Positions 13,144-23,870 of a DNA stretch of 64,000 nt are shown here, piece after piece. The position numbers and the translations under genes are program-made. Every line of letters begins with the position of its first letter. The stretch's first letter is position 1. This DNA comes from Leucoraja erinacea. Taxonomy: Eukaryota. The notes below the pieces were generated by a model that was given only the letters and a program-made list of their open reading frames with translations, searched no databases and was not told the DNA's origin. Location of the stretch: the NCBI RefSeq assembly GCF_028641065.1, contig NC_073390.1, positions 43,214,001 through 43,278,000 of the forward strand, given 5' to 3'.

Positions 13144-14570
13144 AGAAAATATCAGATGGGCAAACATTAATAGAGAAAAAGTTATGCTTGAAGTGAATGT
13201 ACTAACACCAGAACTGAAAACAATTTAAATCATAATTTGTCTGAGGCTCACTGAGCTGATGGATTGCCACCTGCACCAATTTGCAGGTTTAAAATGAAAC
13301 TTTATGGCAGGGAAACATGATTAAGATTCAGTTTGAAAACTGAGACCATCTGAGCTATTTCCCCAGAGTTCGCAGGTAAATTCTTAGCAACATATTCACC
13401 AATTTACTGTCTTCACTCTGTACACCAGGAGTTTTGTCCAGCACTTCTTGCACTTATTTCTCTGGTCATTTTTTTCAATTTATAAAAAAACCCCTCTGTG
13501 TTTGGAAATCAAGAGGGTTGTAGATGGGCACATGGATATGTAGGGAATGGAGGGATATGGGTCACATGCAGGTGGCTGAGATTAGCTTAACTTGGCATCT
13601 TGTTCAGCATGGACATTGTGAGTCAAAGGGTCTGTTCCTATGTTGTACTGTTCCACATTCTATGTTCTATCTGCTGGCTCCACAGACAAAGTGAATACAC
13701 CTCATGTGCACTTCTCTTGATGTGAAATGATTTGTGATGTCCTGAGGTGCTATATTCACATCGATTTTAGATCAGAAAACGCACACCTCCAGATTCAGGG
13801 ACAGTTTCTTCCCAGCTGTTATCAGGCAACTGAACCATCCTGTCACACTAGAGTGCAGTTAGCAAGTCACAGCAGCTTTTTACTGTACCTCGGTACATGT
13901 AACAATAAGCTAAGTTAAACTAAAATGAAAAAAACCAAACCATAGACATAAAAAATCTGCAGATGCCAATTTACAATAAAGACACAGAAATGTCCCACAT
14001 CTCTTTTCCAGCTTTCTCCTCCCTTCCACAATCATCCACTGAGTTACTCCACCACTTTGTAACTTAAAACAAACCCTATAGTTAAGCTGAATTAACAATT
14101 CATTGCGAAGACTGAAAATCCCGATCACTGCTCGACGTGGTAAATTGCCTTCCACACTTCGTCATTGATGCATTACAGAAATAGTCCACCTGAGAATATC
14201 TACAACATTTGCAACATCTGCAACAGCGTTGACCTTTGACAGAGAATTGTACGTGCTGCTATCAGGCATCAAAGACACACATCAGGTGGGCAAACGTTGA
14301 CAGAACAGGTGGCCAACGAAACTTGCATTGTGAACCGAGAATAGTTGTGTAAGGGGGATGGAGATTGTAAGCAGTCTGGAGATCTGCACTCTGCTGGCAT
14401 CCAGTGGGAAGTTATTAGTTATTGTACCATGGCATTCTTCCAGGAAATGCTAAGTAATTTGCCCTTCTGCTGCTATGTGAGATACATTGATCAGATCATC
14501 AAATGTACCTGATTGCTGTCAACTGTTGTTAACTGATGTTATCTGATGCAAGTGAATTGGAAGTGGACTT

Positions 14571-14856
14571 CAGAGATGCAACACGAAAACAGGCCCTTCG
14601 ACCCACCGAATCTGTGCTGACCAATGATCACCCAGTACACTAGCGCTATCCTACACACTAGGGAAAAATGTACAATTTACAGAAGCCATTTCACCTACAA
14701 ACCTGTACATCTTTGGAGGTGGGAGGAAACCAGAGTACCCGGAGAAAACCCACACGGTCATAGCGGGAATGTGCAAACTCTGTACAGACAGCACCAGAGA
14801 TCCCGTGTCTCTGGCGCTGTAAGGCAGCAGGTTTACTGGTGCGCCACTGTGCCACC
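14571..14856 (-). mobile_element. HE1-like V-SINE
   Basis: tRNA-like head gtggcacagtggcgca on the minus strand, V core and CR1 tail. Confidence 0.8.
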
Positions 14857-15033
14857 ACAAATGAAAAAAATTAGTTCATTTTTTTTTTGGAAGGCTGAGG
14901 AATATTCTTTGGTCTGTACTTACTAAACATGCAGGTGAGCTTCCGAAACTCATCCCCCACAAAAAATATTTCTATAGTATTTACAAAAGCTTAGAATATT
15001 CAGTTCTGTGAAGTATTTATACATCCGTGCAGT

Positions 15034-15268
15034 GGCGGCACAGTGGCGCAGTTGGTAGAGTCACTGCCTCACAGTGCCAGAGAACTGGGTTTGATCCTGA
15101 CCTCGGATGCTATCTATGTGGAGTTTGCACATTCTTTGTGTGCCTACATGGGTTTCCTCCGGATGTTTTGATTTATCCCACATCCCAAAGATGTGGAGGT
15201 TTGTAGGTTAATTGCCCTCAGTATATGGGGAATATAGTTGAGAAAATGGGATAGCATAGAATGTGTGT
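15034..15268 (+). mobile_element. HE1-like V-SINE
   Basis: ggcggcacagtggcgcagttggtagag (A box) ... gggtttgatcc (B box) plus V core. Confidence 0.8.
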
Positions 15269-15544
15269 TGGCATATGAGAGTCAGCAATTATACCTTGGA
15301 TTTTTGGGAAAATACTGACCCCCCAAATCAAAACACTGGGCACATCCATGTGTTCCTGGCTGTCTATTAATCATTTCCCCTCAAAAAGCCAAAAATATAT
15401 ATTTTAAATAACAAAAAAATGTGAATTATGATTATGTTGCAGGCCAGAGTCTCTGATATTATATGTCCTGTTGTGATCTGTCTCTGACCAATTCCCAGAG
15501 AAACCTTGAATCTTTTTAAACATTGGGCTGACAAATATCTTTAC

Positions 15545-15800
15545 CTTTAGAAAGGAGATGAGGAGGAATTTCTTCAGTCAGAGGGTTGTCAATCTGTGGA
15601 ATTCTTTGCCACTGAACGTTGTGGAGGCCAAGTCAATGGATATGTTTAAAGGGGAGATTAATAGATTCTTGATTAGTATGGGTTTCAGGGTTTGCAGGGA
15701 GAAGGCAGGAGTATGGGGTTGAGAGAGAACGATAGATCTGCCATGATTAAATGGCGGTATAGAATTGATGGGCCGAAAGGCCTAATTCTGGTCCTACAAC
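15545..15800 (+). mobile_element. CR1 3' fragment
   Basis: gagatgaggaggaatttcttcagtcagagggttg...gatgggccgaaaggcctaattctg. Confidence 0.75.
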
Positions 15801-16702
15801 TCACAAAAAACAATTTCTTTGGTTCCCCAGTATTTATACCTTCACCTCCATACCCTCCATCTCAGACAAAATCACAAAGTTTAACTTGCCCGTTTCAATG
15901 ATAAATTAATTTTCTGACGCTAATTCCTCTACACAGCATCTTATCTATCTGATGAAGGGTCTTGGCCTAAAATGTTAACACTTACAGAGTATTTCCAGCA
16001 CCGTCTGCTTTTGCATCAGATTTTTGATTTGCACCTTCTATCACAGAGACCATCCATCTTCTGTGTTTATTGCCAAACTCGAGTTGTTGTCACCTCCAGG
16101 GTCAATTACCTCTGTCCCATTGACTTCGAGCTCTGTAAGCCTTAGTTACTACAGTCCCAACCTACCATTACTCCCGTCCTTATTAAATTAAATTAGTCTG
16201 CACGTTCTTTGTTGCATTTAATCCATGACTACACTCCTTAGTTTCTCCGTGATTCGCTCCAGACGTTGTGATCTTCTCACTGAATTTCCTACACTTCTGA
16301 CTTCAGTTTCTTTGCAATCTATGCAAACCTCTCCTTTGACTTCACAGTGACAGCTTCACCTGGCCAGATCTCAAGTTCTTGAGTTCCATCTCAAACTGCT
16401 GTCTCTCACCCTTCCCCTTTTCTATGAACATCAAGTTTAAAATCCATGCCTCGGTTAGATTTTAGACAGTTTTCTTAATTTTCTTCTGTTCTGTAATCAA
16501 TATGTTAATTACAATGTTGAAGTATTTAAATATGTTAAGCATCTTATATAAATATAAAACTAAATGGCACAAAATGGCTCAAATATATGCTGAGTAATGA
16601 TAACTAAGAAAAATGTGATTTGATGTTATATTGTTTTGTTAGTGTTTTACAAGTATAACGCAAGTAGACATCTAATTTTAATAAAGAAACCCATTATATA
16701 AA

Positions 16703-16820
16703 GTATGATTTACACCAAAGATAGAGTCTGAAGAAGGGTCTCGACCTGAAACGTCACCTATTCCTTTTCTCCAGAGATGCTGCCCGACTCCTTGAGTTAT
16801 TCCAGCTTTTTGTGTTTATC
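16703..16820 (+). mobile_element. Penelope-derived terminal repeat with hammerhead core (16728-16755)
   Basis: ctgaagaagggtctcgacctgaaacgtc. 13-bp TSD cccattatataaa at 16690-16702 and 16821-16833. A second, minus-strand degenerate copy follows at ~16840-16966. Confidence 0.8.
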
Positions 16821-17076
16821 CCCATTATATAAATACTTGGAGACACAACAAACTACAGAGGCTGGAATCTTGAGCAAAACAGAAAGTGCTGGTGGACCTT
16901 AGCGGGTCAGGCAGTATCTGCGGAGGGAATGGACAGAAGATGTTTTGGGTTGGGACCTTTCTTCAAATTCTACTACAGCTTGCCTTGAAGGATTGTGGTT
17001 AACGCCCAATAAAACAACATACGTTTATACATACTACATTAATCAAAAGATGAAGCTTCAAATTGTTTTTAGAAAT

Positions 17077-17082
17077 TTTATT
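17077..17082 (-). terminator. Candidate distal polyadenylation signal AATAAA
   Basis: tttatt on +, followed on the minus strand by GT/T-rich sequence (tgtagtatgta...tatgttgtttt). It sits at the edge of the repeat-poor block. Confidence 0.45.
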
Positions 17083-17548
17083 TATACAATAATAAAACTA
17101 TATACAGATATAAACACTGTAAATTGACAGTATAATACGGTACAGAGTTTTAAACTGCACTGTTTATCAGGCTCGGCAGCATTAGCAAAGACATCAACGT
17201 GTAGGACAACTGAATACACAATAACATCTTTTCATAAAAATTTTTAGATTTATAATGTGCTCTTATAGTTGAGAGTTGTTCAACGTGGGACTGGGAAATT
17301 GTGCATTTTGTATCTGCTGTTTGAATTCAATCAACATGCACTTCAGGTTAGAAGTACTATGCAAAGAACTTCTTTCTGCTTCCATGGAAAGGAAAATCAA
17401 GCAGGCCAGAGTACAGAACTAATTGCCAACCTGGAAGTTAGAATAGAATATTTGCTATATCGTTCCAATATTGCATTTTTATCCCACATCAGAAGACCGT
17501 TCCCTTGCTTCTGAAAATTAATATTTTATATTTTACCCCGTGTCAGTT

Positions 17549-17934
17549 NNNNNNNNNNNNNNNNNNNNNNNNNNNNNNNNNNNNNNNNNNNNNNNNNNNN
17601 NNNNNNNNNNNNNNNNNNNNNNNNNNNNNNNNNNNNNNNNNNNNNNNNNNNNNNNNNNNNNNNNNNNNNNNNNNNNNNNNNNNNNNNNNNNNNNNNNNNN
17701 NNNNNNNNNNNNNNNNNNNNNNNNNNNNNNNNNNNNNNNNNNNNNNNNNNNNNNNNNNNNNNNNNNNNNNNNNNNNNNNNNNNNNNNNNNNNNNNNNNNN
17801 NNNNNNNNNNNNNNNNNNNNNNNNNNNNNNNNNNNNNNNNNNNNNNNNNNNNNNNNNNNNNNNNNNNNNNNNNNNNNNNNNNNNNNNNNNNNNNNNNNNN
17901 NNNNNNNNNNNNNNNNNNNNNNNNNNNNNNNNNN
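17549..17934. other. Assembly gap (386 N)
   Basis: Run of N next to a GA-rich simple repeat. Confidence 1.
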
Positions 17935-17949
17935 TATACATACCGAACC

Positions 17950-18058
17950 AGAGAGAGACTGGCAGAGAGAGGAGAAAGAGAGGGAGAGGGAGACAGACAG
18001 ACAGGCAGAGAAAGGGAAGATGGAGAGAGAGATAGAGAGAGAAAGAGAGCGAGAGAGT
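17950..18058. repeat. Imperfect (GA)n/(GACA)n microsatellite
   Basis: Directly visible purine-rich repeat. Confidence 0.9.
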
Positions 18059-20231
18059 CTCCTGCAAAATCACAATTCAATAATGGCAGCCGCCTGTTAT
18101 GTTTTGAGGTCGTAATGGTTTACTATTTATACTGCAGTGGTGCATCAAACAGATCAGGAAAAGTAGAGTTTTGATTCATGGTCCCTATTGACAGTGGAAG
18201 TGCTGTAAACTTAACCAGGGTTCATGGTCTTGCTAACCAGTGGCTACTGTTGGCAAATGGTGTTAGTGAGTATGTGTTTGGGTGCATGTGTGTGTAAGTA
18301 GGGATGTATGTGAATGGAATGAGAAAGGTATTCGGGTTAGTTATGATTGAGATCCTTAATCAAACAGGCTGCTGCTACCTGGCCTTGCAGATGACTTCGC
18401 ACCATCTGGTATAGAATGCCAGGAGGTTGTGAGGATATACATTATACAATCTTTTATTACTAATTGCCATTTTTGGGAGAAACAGAGAATATTGGGAGGA
18501 TTTATTGCATACTAAATGGAAAATAAATATACTCTAAAGTAAAAAAAATCCTTCCATAAAATTCTGGAAATAAATTTAGCTTGATAAAATATCTAACAGG
18601 GACTCCAGTCACAGAGTACAAAAAACTAGATAACAATGAGGAACAGCCTGGACAAGTTAAAAAATATTATATTTATTAATGATATTAGGAAATGTTTGAG
18701 TCATGGTTGTTCAGACATAAATTTCACAGTCATTTGAGGGTATTATGCCTTTGCAAATAAAATTAAATGATTGTTTCTGCAAGTGACAAATGGCAGGGAA
18801 ATATTTGATGACAAAAATCATTTGACTTGTGAAAACAAAAACTTAGAAACATATACAGGCTGTGCAATATACCATGAACTTTGTTTGGGAAACGATCCTG
18901 AACAAATGCTTTTTGTGCACTTCAACAATCAAATGGTTTTTGGCAAATGTTCACTCAAACTATCTAATGTCGCTTACGTTAAGTAGCAATACTCAAATAC
19001 AACTTATCACTGGAAAATGAAAAGGGCAAATTACCTCAAACAGCACAGGAGAAACAATTTACAAGCAACAAACTGTCAGGGCACTTTTGACAGCCCTTAT
19101 TATTTTAATTTCCCCAGTTGTGTCACAATATTCATGTGAAATACACGCAATAAATCTCATGTTCTGCCTTCTTACAACAATTAAAGCCGCAATATGTCAT
19201 AAATTCAGTTTAAGTTCATGATATCTTGTAATTTAATTCAAAAAAATCCAAATTAGCAAAATTGTGAAGTTATAAAATTGGAGTAAAACGTTTTTAAGTA
19301 TTCATTCCCATTCTAATCCTTCTTACTTGTCAGATTTCATAAATAGCATGTCCATACTGAATGTATAAGGGATCACAACCGATGCTATACTGCATGCCGT
19401 CAACTATGAACAATTTTAAAACCTTCTACATACATTTTACAGATAATGTCACCAGGAGCTCTCAGAGCAGAATACTCATTTGCAAATATTTACAAAATAT
19501 GTAGATTTCTCATGTTGAGGTTCCTCGAGAATAAACCGAACCGGACTTTTCTTTGTGAACAAAATATTAAAAAAAATGTTTTTACAGGTGGTTACAGTTC
19601 TAATGTCTATTAGCGAATAGTAACTGCGCAGCATCTTTTCGATATTTAACACAACAGAAGCAATGTGCATGTGAATTACAGCAATTCCAAGGTAAATCAT
19701 TTACAGAAAGCACAGCACAATAAAGAACATTTCTGTTCCTTAATTTTTAATGTATTTCAAATCAAATTAGCATGTTGTTACCAAATGCAAACTTATGCAA
19801 AAAAGGTCCAGACTTTCCAAAAAAAAAAATCACTTAATGAAATTAAGTAAACAACTGCTTTACAAACCACAATCATTTATATGAGAATTAATTAATTGCT
19901 AGGAGTCTAGGGAAACCATAAAACTCAAAAGTTTTATTCTAAGTTTTAGAATAAAGCATCAAGTAATCAATGAGCATTATCCATTCGCATCATAAATTGC
20001 CTCGCATGTCGCAAAACTACTTGGAGAAATCTCTTCCTATTACTCATTTTTTTCCAGATTATTAATCAAAAGCTTTCTTGAGTAAAAAAATTCCAAATCA
20101 GTTCTGATACTCGTGCTTATTAGGAAATAGTTTAATAAACAGCAAATATCTATGCAGCACTAAGTTATTTAATTTAATTGATTTCATTTAGGTTTGCATG
20201 ATTTACAATGAACCATATGAAATCTGTTACA

Positions 20232-20329
20232 AGGTACACAAAATTGCTGGAGAAACTCAGCGGGTGCAGCAGCATCTATGGAGCGAAGAAAATAGGCGAC
20301 GTTTCGGGCCGAAACCCTCCTTCAGACTC
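20232..20329 (-). mobile_element. Penelope-derived terminal repeat inserted in sense in the putative NLGN1 3' UTR
   Basis: Minus strand reads ctgaaggagggtttcggcccgaaacgtcgcctat. TSD ctgttaca at 20224-20231 and 20330-20337. Same subfamily as 39133-39235. Confidence 0.85.
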
Positions 20330-21885
20330 CTGTTACACACTGCTTGTATACGTGGAGCAGATGATCAGGAGTAATTCAATGGCTGTCATATAAAGATGCC
20401 CGCAACTAATATTTATTTTAAAAGGGACAAACGATGAATTTTTAACATGCTTTCAGATAAACAAAAAGTGTTTTGGGGCATGCATAACAAAATCAAATGT
20501 TGTAAGTCATTTATACAACAGAAAATAAAAATAATTTGGCGAAAGTTCGTCTGGCAATTTTGATGTCCTCCTAAAAGTGGCAGTGGTGTTATATCCAATC
20601 AATGGTAACATGACATTAAGCAGGTTGTAAACTTTTCAATTCACATAACTAATTGAAAGAAGGATGGTTAATCACATTCTGCTATTTTGTTATACATTTT
20701 ATGCCAATGTTATTGCAAAATAATCTGAATTCAATATCCTTCCCAATGCATTCGCATTCTGAGAATTTCTGATCAACTTGTTATTTAATAAAACTAACTT
20801 TAACTTTACTTAAATCTTTATTTATTTTGGCATAGGGTCTCATTTCTCAACAGCACATTGTTAGAATGAACATACTGCTGTCAACCACACTGTCAATGAT
20901 ACTTGCGAACGAGAGCAAACTAGATTCCTTTTACTGCTGTTTGATAAGCTGGCACTAAATAATTAGAAAAGGACTGGAATTTGATGAAGAAAAATTACAA
21001 CACCGAAAATTCCCTTTTCTAGAATTTATGACTGTGTTTACGTCAACAATTATTCTAGCACATTTTTGTACAAAACTACTTTCTTTGATCTGTTTATTGA
21101 AACTACCAAGAACTTATTGATTGGATTTGCATCAAACTCTTCCTCAGGTTGTCATCTGATGAAGGAAGTGTTTTTAATACTAATTTTTATGGGGAAGCAA
21201 AGTATGTTCTTATCACAGCTTATTGAGCAGCACAGTCACAAAGCAGATAAATAATCATGCGCATCGTGCTAAAAATGTCCTGTCGCATGTTTGCCGAAAT
21301 TGTGTTGAAAGCACTTTGCAAAAAGCTGTTCATGGCAGTAATTGGTCTATTCTTCTGTCTCATTGAAAGAAAGCAGTCATATCCTTGTGCATGAATACTC
21401 TACACAAAACTTAACAGCATGTACTGAATGTACATTTCATTAGCAAATTTGAACAATGGCATTGTTCCAAAAAGAAAATAGACAGAATTTGTTTCATTCT
21501 AGGAACTTGCTCCTTGTGCATTTGTGCAGTCTTCAAAGTTATTGTTTTAAATCCTTCTTCATTAGTGCAACACATGCCTAACGGGACAACATTGCTTTTG
21601 GCACCAAAGCAGAACACGTAGTTCAAAGTCTTCAGAGAAAAATACTTCTCCTTTCCCAAGAGAACTGCAAAATATTGCCATCTACTAGAATTTTTTTAAT
21701 TGATCAGACGGGTCCAAACTTACTTGCCTTTTAGGAATTTATCCAACTGTATTAAAGACAATTACCACAGATTGTTTCCTCTTAATATTTAGTAATGGTC
21801 ATGCACCATGAACACCAATTCAAATATGATCTTCACTCGCAATCTCACACTTTTTGAGTTGTTGTTATCTTCAGATCTTGCCTGG

Positions 21886-22711
21886 CTATACCCTAGTGGT
21901 TGAATGTGAGTGGGGATGAGGATGAGGAAGGGTGTTGTTTTGTCCTCCTGTAAATGTGTTGAACGTGTGGAGCGGCTGCATACCAGGTATAGTATTTGGA
22001 ATCATAGTAATGGTCTTCGGTGTCATTAAAGGTATATCGTCTGGGGATCGCCTCATTGCTAATGTGTAATCCGGAGGGCAGGCTGTCCGCAGAACAACCT
22101 CGTGTGGATGGATGGAGTCACATTCGTGATCAAGATCAGTGTGCTTCATCTGCAGGGACATAATTTCTTCTTCTTGTGCATGAGTTAGGTCATTGGCGGT
22201 GTTGCGTTGAGGGCTGCATCTTCTGTGAACATCGTGCCTCCTTTTATCCTTCTTATAATACAACGCTGCAAAGGCAAGGATATTTAAGAACAAAAGGGAA
22301 GCTCCAACTGCAATGGTAACACTTAACTCCGTTGAGTAGTCCCTTTGATCAACCAAGAAAGGGCCCGCAGAATGCTTCTGGTCGTCTTGCTTGACAGTGG
22401 GAAAGACCGAGGTCACAGGACGTTTCGTGGTAACAGACCACTTCTTTGATGGTCTGTTTGTAATTTCAGACGGGACTTTAGTAGTTGTAGAAGTATACTG
22501 GGAAATGTCATTCAAACTATGTAAGTGAGGAACCAGCTCTAACCATAAGTTGACTTTATTGGCTCTGTAATGCTCTTTAACGCGCGGTTTCAGTCCAATG
22601 TGCAGGTAGAGTTGATCTTTCTGAGTATATCTTGACCAGGCAACCTCTTCAAAACGGTTTGGTTTGGTGTGGATAAATTTGGTATCCTGAGGGACCGGTT
22701 GATTTGGGTCA
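21886..22711 (-). CDS. NLGN1: Neuroligin-1 last coding exon (end of esterase-like domain, stalk, transmembrane helix, cytoplasmic tail with PDZ-binding motif)
   Basis: Acceptor ctctacag|T at 22712/22711. Reads (G)[25 protein letters not shown]...[25 protein letters not shown]...[14 protein letters not shown]...[11 protein letters not shown] stop at 21888-21886. The tail matches NLGN1, not NLGN2/3/4. Confidence 0.97.
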
Positions 22712-23324
22712 CTGTAGAGGGGAATACATTTGGATTTAACAGATCATGATGGAATCGCACAAAAAAGCAACAAAAGAATCATACATTTTCCAGATATTCT
22801 GTTGTTTTACTAATTAATCTTCCCTGCGTGGACTTGGAAATAAATATAACTGATGCTTTTTTGGAGAAATGATTGTTAATGAAGTGAACAGCAATGCTGA
22901 AAGTAAGTTGGCACTGTGTGGAAATTTATTTACAATCATATTTTCCCAGAAATAATTTTCATTTTTGTTCACACTCATATATAAAATTCCCTCCTTAGTT
23001 GTAAACTGGGATCAGCGAATCGGCAAAAACAAACCAATTCAAGTGTTGCAGTGCTCACATGTAAATATAAGCAATATGGCAAACAAGATCACAGAGCTGC
23101 AAGCACAATGTGCTATACAGTACATGGTGCAATGAACGATATGGTGGTAATAATGGAAATACAGCACAAACAAGGACTGGTAATCTAATAATTCTGGGTG
23201 CAAGGAAAGAAATAGAGGGAATAAAGTAAAGAAATTATGAAGGCAATGAAAGATTTGGCAATTAAAGAGTTAAAGAGAGATTTGAATAGCATTTAAACTA
23301 GGGACAAATGAGAGGCTACTACAT

Positions 23325-23458
23325 TATGTAGAAACCAGGATTTGCTGATGCTGGTTTACCAAAAAAGAGACACTAAGTGCTTGAGTAACTCAGCGAAACA
23401 AGCAGCATTTCAGGAGAACATGGATAAGAAACGTTTTGGGTCAGGACCCTTCTTCAGT
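23325..23458 (-). mobile_element. Penelope-derived terminal repeat
   Basis: Reverse complement of consensus; GAAA box changed to AAAA. Confidence 0.7.
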
Positions 23459-23564
23459 TACTACGTTGCTTGTGTATCAATGGCCACCAAATAGTGCGCA
23501 GAATATTGATGAACAAGCACGTTGGAAAATTACAGAAAGATGCACAGAATTCACACTATAAGAA

Positions 23565-23745
23565 ACTAGTTGAGGCAGGTTCAATGACAACATTTAAAAT
23601 ATATTTACACAGGTACATGGATGGGAAAGGTGCAGAGGGACACGGGCCAAATGCAGGCAAATGGGACTGGCTTGGATGGGGCATCGTGGTCGGGTATGGA
23701 CAAGTTGAGCCAAAGGACCAGTTTTCGGCTGCATCGCTCTGACTC
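23565..23745 (+). mobile_element. CR1 3' end fragment
   Basis: VEAGSMTTFKIYLHRYMDGKG peptide plus 3' UTR. Confidence 0.7.
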
Positions 23746-23870
23746 TAATATAAACTTGAAGAGAAAGAGAGAATGGGAGAATTCCTGAACATGGCAGGGA
23801 ACATTCTTGGTCAATTAACAAGAAAACAGTACAGGAACAGATTCTAGGTAATTAATGTGAAGGAATGCAA

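Larger units (their letters stand above)
17060..21885 (-). other. NLGN1: Probable long NLGN1 3' UTR
   Basis: AT-rich and almost repeat-free downstream of the stop, unlike the repeat-dense DNA below 17000. Pumilio-type TGTAHATA motifs at 17099-17106 and 19487-19494. The end point is inferred. Confidence 0.55.

Noticed and set aside
15034-15105. tRNA gene (also at 47663 and 53090)
   Set aside because: The A/B boxes are SINE heads followed by a V core and CR1 tail; no complete cloverleaf.
17505-18115. Four long ORFs in the ORF track
   Set aside because: Artefacts of the N gap and the GA repeat.
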